Origin: an uncultured Clostridia bacterium
GTDB taxonomy: Bacteria; Bacillota; Clostridia; Oscillospirales; Ruminococcaceae
Assembly (NCBI GenBank): GCA_947389015.1
Contig: CANDVA010000001.1
Location: 68,142 to 132,141 of the forward strand
Direction of reading: 5' to 3'
Length of the DNA: 64,000 nt
The notes below the pieces were generated by a model. The model ran no database searches, was not told the origin of the DNA, and saw nothing but the letters and a program-made list of their open reading frames with translations. Within the stretch, counting starts at the first letter, position 1; every line of letters starts with the position of its first letter. The translations under genes were made by a program, and so were the position numbers. Below are positions 8,073 to 18,381 of this stretch, in pieces.

Positions 8073-9184
8073 TATATAATTACGTAGCCCCTTGCCACTT
8101 CGGGCTTGAAAAAACTCTCACCTTTGAGATAAAGAAAATAGGCGGCGAAAACGTCCGCGCGGAAAACGGCAGAGTGTTCTTCTCGGGCGGCGCGGATATC
8201 TGCGCCAAGGCTAATGTGTTCCTGCGCACCGCGGAGCGCGTATGCGCAGTGCTCGGTCAATTCCGTGCGGCGACGTTCGACGAGCTGTTCGAGGGAATAC
8301 GCAAGCTCCCGTTGTCGGAGTTTATCGGGAAAAACGATAAGTTCCCGAATAACGGTCACTCGCTCAATTCAAAGCTTACGAGCGTTCCCGCGATACAGAA
8401 GATCGTGAAAAAAGCAATGGCGGTAAATCTCGGCAAGGCTTACGGCGTTGGGATAATGCCCGAAAGCGGCGCGGAGTGCCGCATACGCTTCTCGCTGATG
8501 AAAGACGAATTCACGCTTATGCTCGATACTAGCGGGCAGGGCTTACATAAGCGCGGTTACCGCCGCGACAGCAACGCCGCGCCTATCCGCGAGACGCTGG
8601 CGGCGGGGATCGTCGACATAGCGAGGGTACGCGCGGGCGATATCGTTTGCGACCCGTTCTGCGGCTCGGGCACTCTGCTGATAGAGTCGGCGATGAAAGC
8701 GCTGGATATCGCGCCGGGGCTGAAACGCCGCTTTGACGGCGAGCATATGAAGTTTCTCCCCGCGAGCGCGTGGGCTGCCGCTCGCGAGGAGGCACGGTCA
8801 CTTATTAAAAAGGACTCCGAATTCCGCGCGGTGGGCTTCGATATCGACAAGGAGTGCGTGGAGTTAACGGCGGCGAATGCGAAAATAGCGGGCGTTGACG
8901 GGTGTATCGCCGTCGAACGGCGGGATATACGCGATTTTGTCTATCCCGAGGGCGCGGTCAAAATACTCACCAATCCCCCCTACGGCGAACGTATGCTCGA
9001 AATATCCGAGGCTCGGAAGATATACGAAACGATGGGTGAAAGGCTGCTGCCGCTGAACGGCAATCAGCTTTACTTGATAACTCCCGACGAGGAATTCGAG
9101 GACATATTCGGCGCGAAAGCCGACAAAAACAGAAAACTCTACAACGGAATGATGATGTGCAGATTATATTCATATTTCAGGTGA
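8069..9184 (+). CDS. THUMP-domain class I SAM-dependent RNA methyltransferase (RlmL/YpsC-like)
   Basis: N-terminal THUMP-like region, SAM motif I DPFCGSGTLLIE and motif IV NPPYGER. Confidence 0.85.
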   Translation: MIYNYVAPCHFGLEKTLTFEIKKIGGENVRAENGRVFFSGGADICAKANVFLRTAERVCAVLGQFRAATFDELFEGIRKLPLSEFIGKNDKFPNNGHSLNSKLTSVPAIQKIVKKAMAVNLGKAYGVGIMPESGAECRIRFSLMKDEFTLMLDTSGQGLHKRGYRRDSNAAPIRETLAAGIVDIARVRAGDIVCDPFCGSGTLLIESAMKALDIAPGLKRRFDGEHMKFLPASAWAAAREEARSLIKKDSEFRAVGFDIDKECVELTAANAKIAGVDGCIAVERRDIRDFVYPEGAVKILTNPPYGERMLEISEARKIYETMGERLLPLNGNQLYLITPDEEFEDIFGAKADKNRKLYNGMMMCRLYSYFR

Positions 9185-9194
9185 TCGATCAACC

Positions 9195-11360
9195 ATGAAG
9201 AAAAGAAGCAAACCGATCTTCAGCGGCGCGGAGATACCGGCGTCGCTGATTTATCTCTGCGCAATGAGCGCGGGACTGATGTACACACTGTGCAGGGATT
9301 ATATGTTCATCTGCACGGTAATAATGACAGCGGTGTCTTTCGGCGTTTATATGATATTCTACGCCCTGCGGAAGAAGAAAGGCTTTTCTCTGCTGGCTTT
9401 TGTCGTGCTTTTTCTGATCGTTTACGCCGTCTGCAACATTGTGGGCAGTCCTTACAGATCGCCGTCGTTCTTCGAGTTCATATTCAACGCTTCGGAATTC
9501 TTCGATCCCGCGCTCGCGGGAATGACGATACTGCTCTGTTCGCTTATCATCGGATTTCCGACCTGTTACTTCACCGTTTATCTTCCGCGTCCGAGCTTTC
9601 TGCTGCTGCCGTCGTTCGTTCCGCTTATTCTGACGGCGAGACTTGTGGGCAGGATACCGCTAGGTCTGTTGGTGTTTACGGCGGTGGGATATCTGCTGGC
9701 GGCGCTCGGGATTGCAAGACCCGAGTTTCCCGCGGACAACGCCTATGTGGACGACAAGCGCGCGCATATCGAGCGCGCCGCCGTGATCGGAACGGCGGGG
9801 GTAATAGCCGCGGCGCTCCTTACGGTAATACCGCGCAATGATTACACGCCAATGATACGATATCTGGAAGATCTGACACAGCGCACCTCAGCTTACGGCA
9901 GACGAGCGCTGAGCGAATTCACGGAAAACTCTACGCCGAACCGCGGCAACAACACGCCCTCGGACAACGCGCTCTTTGTGGTGTATACCAATTTTCCGAG
10001 AAACGTGAGCCGTCAGTCGTTCGACATATACGAGGGCGACGAGGGCTGGACTTTCAACAGTGATTTCTCGAGGGGATACAACAATTGGGAGAAACGCAGA
10101 AGCAGACTGAATATCAACAAGCTGATCGCCGATCTGAAAAAGGGGGCAAAGGACGGAAAGCTGGAGGAGTACAGCGAGGAGCTCAATAAGCTGGACGATA
10201 TCCCCGAGATCTATTCCATAGCCGCGGCGAATATGACGATACGCATCGTAGACGGCAGTTCAACAAGCGTAATCATGCACCCCTCGGAATCGATAGGCGT
10301 GAACATCACATCCGTCAACGGCGTCTCTCCGACTTCCTACCGCAACGACAACGACGAGATCTTTACCGAAAGGCAAATGCCAAGAAATGCGTCCTATGTC
10401 GTAAATTATTTTTACAATCAGCCCAATGAGCAGTTTCTTGAGATGTTGGAAAAGGTGGATCTCAAAACCCTTCTGGACGCCGCGGCGGAGGAAGGCGTTA
10501 TCGAGAGCGCAGTCCGCGACGAGTTCGTGAACGAAAGCAGGATCGCCGAAACATATTATAATGCGGGACTGGACGGCAGTATCACCGACGAGATACAAGC
10601 GGTCGCCGATGAGATAACCGCGGGGCTATCCAATGACTACGAAAAGGCTGTCGCCATTGAAAAATGGTTTGGAGACGCGGGATTCACATACGATCTCAGC
10701 TTCGTTCCCGAAAGAGCAGAGGCGGATTACTTTCTATTTGCCAGCCGCCGCGGTATTTGTACCGATTTTGCCACGGCCAGCACGCTTCTTCTCCGCGCGG
10801 CGGGCATACCCGCAAGATATACCGAGGGATTTGTTCTCCGCGAAGACGCGATAGACTCGTATGGGCGGTACGTAGTCACCGAGGAACACGCTCACGCATA
10901 TTCCACTGCCTTTATAGAGGGCTACGGCTGGCTTGAGATAGACGGTACGAAATACGCGCCCGTAGGCAGTCTGAGCGATCAGTTCACTCAAGCGCTGATG
11001 ATATTCATAATAATTATCTTTATTATGATCGCAGCCATAATAATTTTCCGCAGACAAATCTCCGAGCTGTGTTTTGCCGCCGCATATCGTATGAGGAGCA
11101 AAAACGGCAAAATACGCGCGATTTATCTGAAAACGCGCCGACTTGCCTGCAATATTACCGATGCCGACCCCAAGAGCACCACTGCGGAGGAGGTCTGCGA
11201 TATAATCTCGCGCACGCTCTCCCTTAAAGAGGAAGCGACCGAGATAACCAACGCGGCGAACGAGCTGTTCTACGGCACGGGAGCGCCCGAAGCCGATGTG
11301 AAAAAGCTTTACCGCGATTATAAAGCCATTCACCGAATGAAAAGGAGCAGAAGGAAATGA
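9195..11360 (+). CDS. Transglutaminase-like membrane protein (TgpA-like)
   Basis: N-terminal ~6 TM segments. The transglutaminase core has catalytic Cys (RRGICTDFATA), His (EEHAHAY) and Asp (GWLEIDGT), followed by a C-terminal TM. Confidence 0.8.
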   Translation: MKKRSKPIFSGAEIPASLIYLCAMSAGLMYTLCRDYMFICTVIMTAVSFGVYMIFYALRKKKGFSLLAFVVLFLIVYAVCNIVGSPYRSPSFFEFIFNASEFFDPALAGMTILLCSLIIGFPTCYFTVYLPRPSFLLLPSFVPLILTARLVGRIPLGLLVFTAVGYLLAALGIARPEFPADNAYVDDKRAHIERAAVIGTAGVIAAALLTVIPRNDYTPMIRYLEDLTQRTSAYGRRALSEFTENSTPNRGNNTPSDNALFVVYTNFPRNVSRQSFDIYEGDEGWTFNSDFSRGYNNWEKRRSRLNINKLIADLKKGAKDGKLEEYSEELNKLDDIPEIYSIAAANMTIRIVDGSSTSVIMHPSESIGVNITSVNGVSPTSYRNDNDEIFTERQMPRNASYVVNYFYNQPNEQFLEMLEKVDLKTLLDAAAEEGVIESAVRDEFVNESRIAETYYNAGLDGSITDEIQAVADEITAGLSNDYEKAVAIEKWFGDAGFTYDLSFVPERAEADYFLFASRRGICTDFATASTLLLRAAGIPARYTEGFVLREDAIDSYGRYVVTEEHAHAYSTAFIEGYGWLEIDGTKYAPVGSLSDQFTQALMIFIIIIFIMIAAIIIFRRQISELCFAAAYRMRSKNGKIRAIYLKTRRLACNITDADPKSTTAEEVCDIISRTLSLKEEATEITNAANELFYGTGAPEADVKKLYRDYKAIHRMKRSRRK

Positions 11361-12310
11361 CGCATATTTCTAGCTATGTTCAGGCGCTGTTGTTTGCCGC
11401 TCTTTTCACGGTATTTATCAACGCCGATATAGGCTGGGCGCTGATATATATTATCGGCGCAGCGGTCGTGATCTCGATGACTACGTTTCTTATCTCACGA
11501 AAGCGCTTTACGGTAAAGCTCAGGGACTTTTCGGGGGTCTCCGAGTACGGACGGAGCATCGGATTTGACGTTACGCTGAAGAAAAAGGGCTTCTGCTTTA
11601 TCCCGTATGTGGAGCTTTGCGTAAACGCCAACAACTCAATACATTTAAGAACGTCGCTGCTGCTCCGCAGGACGGTGACGGTCAGCGGGAGCTTCCGCGC
11701 CTCGCACAGCGGATTGAATACGATCACGCTGAACGAGGTGATTATAAGAGATTTCCTGGGGCTTTTGCAGTTTAAGATACCCGTGGAGCAGACCGCGCGA
11801 ATGGCGGTGCTGCCGCGCGTTATCGAGTACGACGGACCCGACGTTCCGCCAAATCTTCTGCCTAGCGAGGAGGAAGACGTCGAGGAGGGCGCTGCCGTAT
11901 TGCAGGGCGGAATGCCCGGCTACGAGCACCGCGAGTACGTCACGGGCGATTCTCCGAGACGCGTCAACTACAAGCTGTCGGCGAAGAAGCAGAAGCTTAT
12001 GGTAAGGCTCGACGAGAGCAGCGGCCGCGCCGCAACCAATCTATATATAACCGAGAACGCGCAGCCGATCTGCTGCGACAAAGCATTCGCGTTGGCGAAA
12101 AGATTGATAATCCGCGGCGGAACGGTCAAAATAATCCATAAGGGCGAGGAGCGCACCGCCGCTACCCCCGAAACGCTTGACAGAATAAGAGAGTGGCTCG
12201 CGTTCAGGGAATTCGCCGAAACGGATGAGCCGTTCACGGACACTCCCCCCGCCGACGCCGCAGTCATTTTCTCCGGTAACGGCGTAATAAATCAAAGCAG
12301 CGCCCTGTAA
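11357..12310 (+). CDS. DUF58 domain protein
   Basis: Two N-terminal TM segments and the DUF58 hallmark REYVTGDSPRRVNYKLSAKKQKLMVRLDE. It overlaps the transglutaminase gene stop (ATGA). Confidence 0.75.
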   Translation: MTHISSYVQALLFAALFTVFINADIGWALIYIIGAAVVISMTTFLISRKRFTVKLRDFSGVSEYGRSIGFDVTLKKKGFCFIPYVELCVNANNSIHLRTSLLLRRTVTVSGSFRASHSGLNTITLNEVIIRDFLGLLQFKIPVEQTARMAVLPRVIEYDGPDVPPNLLPSEEEDVEEGAAVLQGGMPGYEHREYVTGDSPRRVNYKLSAKKQKLMVRLDESSGRAATNLYITENAQPICCDKAFALAKRLIIRGGTVKIIHKGEERTAATPETLDRIREWLAFREFAETDEPFTDTPPADAAVIFSGNGVINQSSAL

Positions 12311-12482
12311 TTAAAGCCGAACAGAACGCAAGCAGAGGATGAAGTTACAGCTAAACCAACGCGGACGGAGCGAAGCTAAGTCCGATCGATGTGCGGAACG
12401 CTTTTTGATTGTGCACTTTTACCAAAAAACCACTGTTAAATAGCAAAAATTATCCAAATCCGTATATTGCAAGCAAAAAATC

Positions 12483-12511
12483 TTGCAAAAAATTGAAAAG
12501 TAATATATAAT
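12483..12511 (+). promoter_or_regulatory. Promoter TTGCAA-17-TATAAT upstream of pgi
   Basis: TTGCAA at 12483-12488 and TATAAT at 12506-12511. Confidence 0.4.
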
Positions 12512-12566
12512 AAGAATAGGACAAAATGCTGGGGAGACCCGACTGTTGGAAAGGAGTAATTATTTT

Positions 12567-13907
12567 ATGGGTATCAGGCTTGACGACAAGTACTTAAACG
12601 GCTTTGTGAGAGAGCATGAATTGGCGGCATACGCGCCCATGGTAAAGGCGGCGCATGAAACGCTGGAGGGCAGAAACGGTCCCGGAAACGATTTTCTGGG
12701 CTGGGTCGATCTGCCAGTAAATTACGACAAGGACGAGTTCGAGCGCATCAAAAAGGCGGCTGCCAAAATAAAGAGCGACAGCGAGGTGCTTATCGTTATC
12801 GGTATCGGTGGCTCGTATCTGGGCGCAAGAGCGGCTATTGAGGCACTGAGATCGTCGCTGTACAATTCGCTGAAAAAAGACACTCCCGAGATATATTTCG
12901 TAGGGTGCAGTCTCTCTCCGACTTACCTCAGCGAGGTAATTTCGCTTGTAGAGGGGCGTGACTTCTCGGTGAACATCATCTCGAAGTCGGGCACGACCAC
13001 CGAACCGGCGCTGGCGTTCAGAGTATTCCGCGACCTGCTGGTCGAGCGATACGGAGAGGACGGCGCTAAGGGAAGAATTTACGCGACCACCGACAAGGCT
13101 CGCGGAACGCTGAAAGAGTTGTCTGACAAGATGGGCTATGAGACGTTCGTTATCCCCGACGACGTGGGCGGAAGATTTTCCGTGCTGACAGCTGTGGGCT
13201 TGCTGCCGATAGCTTGCGCGGGCTGCGATATCGACGCGCTTATGAAGGGCGCGGCGGCAGCTAGAGAGGAGTACAAGGACTTCGATATCGAGAAGAACTC
13301 CTGCTACAAGTACGCCGCTCTGCGCAATATACTATATAAAAAAGGCAAGAGCGTTGAAATGCTCATCAGCTATGAGAACAGCTTCCAGATGATGGCGGAG
13401 TGGTTTAAGCAGCTTTATGGCGAGAGCGAGGGCAAGGACAACAAGGGGCTGTACCCGTCTTCGGCTGTGTTCTCGACCGATCTTCATTCGCTCGGTCAGT
13501 TCGTTCAGGATGGCTCGCGCGTTATGTTCGAGACGGTTATACAGTTTGGCAAGCCGCAGAAAGAGCTTTTCCTCAAGGACGACCCGAACAACGTTGACGG
13601 ACTTAATTTCCTGTCGAATCAGAATATGTCGATCGTAAACCGCAAGGCGTTCGAGGGCACCGTTATCGCGCATACCGAGGGCGGCGTGCCGAATATCGTG
13701 CTCGAGGTTCCCGAGCTTAACGAGTTCGAGCTCGGCTTTATAATCTACTTCTTCGAGAAAGCCTGCGCTATCAGCGGGTACCTGCTCGGAGTAAATCCGT
13801 TCGATCAGCCCGGCGTTGAGAGCTACAAGAAGAATATGTTCGCGCTGCTCGGCAAGCCCGGCTACGAGGATCAGAAGGCGGCTCTCGAAAAGAAGCTCGG
13901 TTTATAA
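12567..13907 (+). CDS. pgi: Glucose-6-phosphate isomerase
   Basis: Firmicute-type ~446-aa PGI with [12 protein letters not shown] and [10 protein letters not shown] motifs. ATG at 12567 follows AAAGGAG; the ORF-track TTG at 12546 is likely too early. Confidence 0.93.
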   Translation: MGIRLDDKYLNGFVREHELAAYAPMVKAAHETLEGRNGPGNDFLGWVDLPVNYDKDEFERIKKAAAKIKSDSEVLIVIGIGGSYLGARAAIEALRSSLYNSLKKDTPEIYFVGCSLSPTYLSEVISLVEGRDFSVNIISKSGTTTEPALAFRVFRDLLVERYGEDGAKGRIYATTDKARGTLKELSDKMGYETFVIPDDVGGRFSVLTAVGLLPIACAGCDIDALMKGAAAAREEYKDFDIEKNSCYKYAALRNILYKKGKSVEMLISYENSFQMMAEWFKQLYGESEGKDNKGLYPSSAVFSTDLHSLGQFVQDGSRVMFETVIQFGKPQKELFLKDDPNNVDGLNFLSNQNMSIVNRKAFEGTVIAHTEGGVPNIVLEVPELNEFELGFIIYFFEKACAISGYLLGVNPFDQPGVESYKKNMFALLGKPGYEDQKAALEKKLGL

Positions 13908-13960
13908 GAGCATTGGAATATTGCGCATTGGCGCTATTATATATTACGGAGGAAAAGATT

Positions 13961-14365
13961 ATGGTTAAAATTATTACGGGCAGACGCGGTTCGGGAAAGA
14001 CCAAGGTGCTTATCGACGCTATCCACGCGGCGGAGAAGAAGTCCAACGGCAACGTTGTGGCTATCCAGAAAGGCTCTTCTTTGAACACCGACATTACCTA
14101 TAAGGTTCGTCTGGTGAACATTGAGGATTACTCTGTTGAGGGCATGGACGCTTTCTACGGCTTTATCGCGGGAATTCTCGCGTCCGACCACGACTGCACC
14201 GATATTTTTGTAGACGCTACCTTGAAGATCACGGGCAGAGATTACGACAAACTCGGCGAGATGTTCGAGAAACTCGAGAAGATCACCGCAAGCACCGTCG
14301 TTACGCTGACCGTTTCCGCGGATAACTCGGAGCTGCCCGAGAACGTAAAGAAGTTCATCGCGTAA
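13961..14365 (+). CDS. Minimal P-loop NTPase-like protein (134 aa), function unknown
   Basis: Walker A GRRGSGKT at residues 6-13 and a Walker-B-like TDIFVDAT. GGAGG SD lies before the ATG at 13961. Confidence 0.55.
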   Translation: MVKIITGRRGSGKTKVLIDAIHAAEKKSNGNVVAIQKGSSLNTDITYKVRLVNIEDYSVEGMDAFYGFIAGILASDHDCTDIFVDATLKITGRDYDKLGEMFEKLEKITASTVVTLTVSADNSELPENVKKFIA

Positions 14366-14400
14366 GTTTGGACGAATTTGCAAAAAATTAAAAAAAATGC

Positions 14401-14429
14401 TTGACAAATCCTCCGTCTTGTGATATAAT
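14401..14429 (+). promoter_or_regulatory. Consensus promoter TTGACA-17-TATAAT upstream of rpmF
   Basis: TTGACA at 14401-14406 and TATAAT at 14424-14429. Confidence 0.5.
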
Positions 14430-14514
14430 GGTAGATGTTCGATAGTAAATCAGTAGACAGACCGCTGTTTACTGTGGTTTTATTTGTCATCTGACAAGAG
14501 GGGGGTGTGCAATA

Positions 14515-14700
14515 ATGGCAGTTCCAAAGAGAAAAGTATCTCGTGCAAGACGTGATAAAAGACGTTCTGCGGTGTGGAAGTTATCCGCTCCCGCTTTCTC
14601 GCGCTGCAAAAACTGCGGTGAGCTGAAGCTTGCTCACAGAGTTTGCGGAAATTGCGGTTATTACAAGGATAAGGTTGTTATCGCTAAGGAAGCCGACTAA
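14515..14700 (+). CDS. rpmF: 50S ribosomal protein L32 (zinc-ribbon form)
   Basis: MAVPKRKVSRARRDKRR N-terminus and a CKNCG...CGNCG zinc ribbon. Confidence 0.95.
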   Translation: MAVPKRKVSRARRDKRRSAVWKLSAPAFSRCKNCGELKLAHRVCGNCGYYKDKVVIAKEAD

Positions 14701-14749
14701 GCTCGGATCTTGTGTAATACCGAACGTATATTTGCGTGTTTTACGAGGA

Positions 14750-14783
14750 CAGGCTTGACTTCAACGGTCAAGCCTGCTTTTTT
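14750..14783 (+). terminator. Rho-independent terminator after rpmF
   Basis: 10-bp stem CAGGCTTGAC/GTCAAGCCTG, 7-nt loop, then CTTTTTT. Confidence 0.7.
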
Positions 14784-14805
14784 CGTTGTCGATCGGAGGG
14801 GAAAT

Positions 14806-17800
14806 ATGGGCGATTTCGTTCACCTGAATGTGCATACCGCGTACAGCCTGCTGGACGGGGCTTGCAGGCTCGGCGAGCTTGCCAAGAAAGCCAAGGAGCT
14901 TGGGCAGACCGCTCTCGCCATTACAGATAACGGCGCGCTGTACGGAGCGATCGACTTCTGCGACGCCTGTGCGGAGCACGGGATAAAACCGATAATCGGC
15001 TGCGAGGTCTCGATCGCGGAGGGCAGCCGTCTTGCGCCGAGCCGCGGAGGGTATGAACCGTACCGTCTCACGCTGCTGTGCGAGAACAACACGGGCTACA
15101 AGAACCTCTGCCGCCTTATCACGGAGCAGGCGCCCAACGGTATCGACAGAGGCTATGTCACCGACAGAGAGAGCATAGAGCGTTACAGCAGCGGGCTGAT
15201 CGCGCTTTCGGGTGCGGAAAACGGCGAGATAGGCTCGCTGCTCTCCGATAATCGTACCGATGATGCGCAGAAAGCCGTCGAATGGTATAAAGAGGTATTC
15301 GGCGGGAATTTTTACCTTGAGCTTTCCAATCACGACACCTCCTCGGAAACGCGGATATGCTCTCTGCTGCGCGAGTTCTCCAAGCGCACCGGAATACCCG
15401 TCTGCCCGACCAACAACGTCCACTATGTCGAGAAAAGCGGCAGCTACGCTCAGCGCGTCCTGCAATGCATAGGACAGAACAAGCGGCTGTCCGAGCCGAA
15501 TTCCCGCGCCCTGCCGACCGAGGAATACTATCTCAAAAGCTCCGTGGAGATGGCGCGTTTTTTCACCGAGGATGAGCTTGCGCGGACGGGCGAGATAGCC
15601 GCGGAGTGCAATGTCGAGCTTGAATTCGGCGTCACAAAGCTCCCTCTATTCACGAAGGAGGGCGTTTCGGATAACGCGGAGTACTTTATTAAGCTGTGCG
15701 GCAAGGGCGCGGAAAAGCGCTACGGCACGGTCACTCCCGAAATACGGAAGCGACTCGACTATGAGCTCGGAATAATCAAAAAAATGGGCTTTGTAGACTA
15801 TTTTCTGATAGTCTGGGATTTCGTGAGGTACGCGAAAACACACGATATTCCCGTAGGTCCGGGCCGAGGGAGCGGCGCGGGGAGCCTGTGCGCATACTGC
15901 ATGGGCATAACGGATATCGACCCGCTGAGGTTCAATCTGCTGTTTGAGCGCTTTCTCAATCCCGAGCGCGTCTCCATGCCCGACTTCGATATCGACTTCT
16001 GCAACGAGCGCCGCGGAGAGGTCATCGAATACGTCCGCCGCCGTTACGGTACGGACTATGTCGCGCAGATAGTCGCGTTCGATACGCTGAAAGCAAAGGG
16101 CGCGATACGCGACGCGGGCAGAGTAATGGGCATAGCCGCGCAGGAGGTCAATATGGCGGCAAAGGCGGTCTCGTCGCCGTTTGCCACCCTCGCAGCGGAG
16201 CATGACCACGGCGAGCTAAAACGCTTGTACGATACCGACCGCGAGATAAAGCGCCTTGTCGACGTGGCAAGGCAGATAGAGGGCTTTCCGCGCCACACGA
16301 CCGTCCACGCAGCGGGCGTTGTGATAACGCGCGACCCCGTAGCGGAGTATGTTCCGCTGAGCTACGAGGACGGCGCTTTAACGACGCAGTACACCATGAC
16401 GGCGCTTGAACGTCTAGGCTTGCTGAAAATGGACTTCCTAGGCTTGCGCAACCTTACCGTTATCAAGAAAACCTGCGACCTCATCAAAAAGACCGACCCC
16501 GATTTCGATATCCGAAAGATCGACGAATACGACCCCGAGGTGTACAAAATGCTCGGAAACGGCGGCACGGCGGGCGTATTCCAGTTTGAGTCGGCGGGTA
16601 TGACCTCGGTACTGTCGCGCTTACAGCCGAAGTCTCTCGAGGACTTAACTGCGGCGCTCGCGCTTTACCGCCCGGGACCTATGTCGTCGATACCTGCCTA
16701 TATCGAGAACCGTCACAAAAAGCCCGAGGAGATTGCGTACAAGCACCCGCTGTTAAAGGATATCCTCTCGGTGACCTACGGATGCATCGTTTATCAGGAG
16801 CAGGTAATGCAGATATGCCGCGTTATCGGAGGGTATTCCTACGGCAGAGCGGATCTGGTTCGCCGCGCCATGTCCAAGAAAAAACACTCGGTCATGGAAA
16901 AGGAGCGCAGCGCGTTCGTTTACGGCACGGAGAGCAACTGCGGAGCGGTCGCGAACGGCGTTCCCGAGAGCGTTGCAAACGAGATATTCGACGAAATGGC
17001 GGGCTTTGCCTCCTATGCGTTCAACAAATCACACGCCGCCGCGTATGCCGCGGTAGCGTATCAGACCGCGTATCTCAAACGTTATTACAACCTTACGTAT
17101 ATGGCGGAGCTTATCTCAAGCATAGGCGACTGGACGGATAAGGTAAACGAGTATATCTCCGATATGGCGAACAGCGGCGCAAGGCTCCTGCCGCCCGATA
17201 TCAACAAGAGCTTTTACTCATTTACAGTCGAGGATAACGCCATGAGATACGGTTTCGCGGCGGTAAAGAACCTCGGGCGCGGCTTTGTCAATGCCATAGT
17301 CGGAGAACGCGGAAAAGGCGCGTTCTCGTCCGCGGCGGACTTCGCTGTGCGAATGGCTGACAAGGACAACAACCGCCGCTATATGGAGGCGCTGACATAT
17401 TGTGGTGCGTTTGATGGTATCGAGCCGAACCGCCGCCGAATAATCACGGGGATGAACGCTCTGCTCGACTATGCGTCGCGCGAGTGCAGCCGCCGCGAGA
17501 GCGGACAACTCGACCTTTTCGAGCTTGACAACGATACGACGGAATTCACGCTCCCAGAGACCGACGACTTCACGCGTTCAAAGCGGCTGGCAATGGAAAA
17601 GGAGTATCTCGGGCGGTACGTTTCGGGACACCCCGCAGATGATTTTCTTGACCGTGCTCCCGAAAACTGTATGTTTATTGCGGACGCTGCGGTGCTCAAC
17701 AGCGGCACGGAGGTCTCGATAATGGCGATGTGCCTGTACGAGAGACAGCACACCTCTAAAAACGGCGGGCTGATGTCCTACGCGGCGTTCGAGGACAGCT

Positions 17801-18207
17801 CAGGAGCGATAGAGGGCGTGGTGTTCCCGAAGGTGTACGGCAGACTTGAGCGCTTCACCGAGGGAACGGTCTATTCGGTGCGCGGAAAAATCTCCGTCAA
17901 AGACGACAAGCCAAGCTTTTACGTCGACGCGGCAATCCCCGCGGCAAGAATACCCGAGGGACAGAAAAAGATACTGTACGTCAATCTCCCCTCGGAAGAA
18001 GACCGCAGACTCGGCGCGGTGCGGAATATATTGATGGCGTGCAGGGGAACGTCCGCGGCAAGGATATGCTACGGCAATACGCGGACTGTAAATCCCGTGA
18101 GCGGCCTGCGCGGAGTACGCATAAGCACGGCACTCGTAAACAAGCTGAAAAAGCTATGCGGCGAGGATAATGTCAAGGTGGGCTTTTTAAACAGAAAAAA
18201 GCCGTAA
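14806..18207 (+). CDS. dnaE: DNA polymerase III subunit alpha (DnaE type)
   Basis: PHP domain start FVHLNVHTAYSLLDG, catalytic PDFDIDF and a C-terminal OB region. ATG at 14806 follows GGAGGG; the ORF-track start at 14710 would run through the rpmF terminator. Confidence 0.95.
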   Translation: MGDFVHLNVHTAYSLLDGACRLGELAKKAKELGQTALAITDNGALYGAIDFCDACAEHGIKPIIGCEVSIAEGSRLAPSRGGYEPYRLTLLCENNTGYKNLCRLITEQAPNGIDRGYVTDRESIERYSSGLIALSGAENGEIGSLLSDNRTDDAQKAVEWYKEVFGGNFYLELSNHDTSSETRICSLLREFSKRTGIPVCPTNNVHYVEKSGSYAQRVLQCIGQNKRLSEPNSRALPTEEYYLKSSVEMARFFTEDELARTGEIAAECNVELEFGVTKLPLFTKEGVSDNAEYFIKLCGKGAEKRYGTVTPEIRKRLDYELGIIKKMGFVDYFLIVWDFVRYAKTHDIPVGPGRGSGAGSLCAYCMGITDIDPLRFNLLFERFLNPERVSMPDFDIDFCNERRGEVIEYVRRRYGTDYVAQIVAFDTLKAKGAIRDAGRVMGIAAQEVNMAAKAVSSPFATLAAEHDHGELKRLYDTDREIKRLVDVARQIEGFPRHTTVHAAGVVITRDPVAEYVPLSYEDGALTTQYTMTALERLGLLKMDFLGLRNLTVIKKTCDLIKKTDPDFDIRKIDEYDPEVYKMLGNGGTAGVFQFESAGMTSVLSRLQPKSLEDLTAALALYRPGPMSSIPAYIENRHKKPEEIAYKHPLLKDILSVTYGCIVYQEQVMQICRVIGGYSYGRADLVRRAMSKKKHSVMEKERSAFVYGTESNCGAVANGVPESVANEIFDEMAGFASYAFNKSHAAAYAAVAYQTAYLKRYYNLTYMAELISSIGDWTDKVNEYISDMANSGARLLPPDINKSFYSFTVEDNAMRYGFAAVKNLGRGFVNAIVGERGKGAFSSAADFAVRMADKDNNRRYMEALTYCGAFDGIEPNRRRIITGMNALLDYASRECSRRESGQLDLFELDNDTTEFTLPETDDFTRSKRLAMEKEYLGRYVSGHPADDFLDRAPENCMFIADAAVLNSGTEVSIMAMCLYERQHTSKNGGLMSYAAFEDSSGAIEGVVFPKVYGRLERFTEGTVYSVRGKISVKDDKPSFYVDAAIPAARIPEGQKKILYVNLPSEEDRRLGAVRNILMACRGTSAARICYGNTRTVNPVSGLRGVRISTALVNKLKKLCGEDNVKVGFLNRKKP

Positions 18208-18381
18208 AAATACCGAAATTTGTTAAAATGCACATATTATTTTTGCGTAACGTGATAAGTTGACAAAATGCGCTTGACGAAACCGACCGCTTGTAGTAAA
18301 ATATAATTTGGAATGAGATCGGACATAACGTCCGATAAAATATATTTTGGCATTGCCAAGATTTTTTAAGGAGAGAAAACT

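Noticed and set aside
14430-14514. Leader of rpmF (hairpin AGTAAA...TTTACT followed by a U-rich run) as an L32 autoregulatory element
   Set aside because: The hairpin is short and imperfect, and I know of no established L32 leader motif to compare it with. The support is too weak to report.
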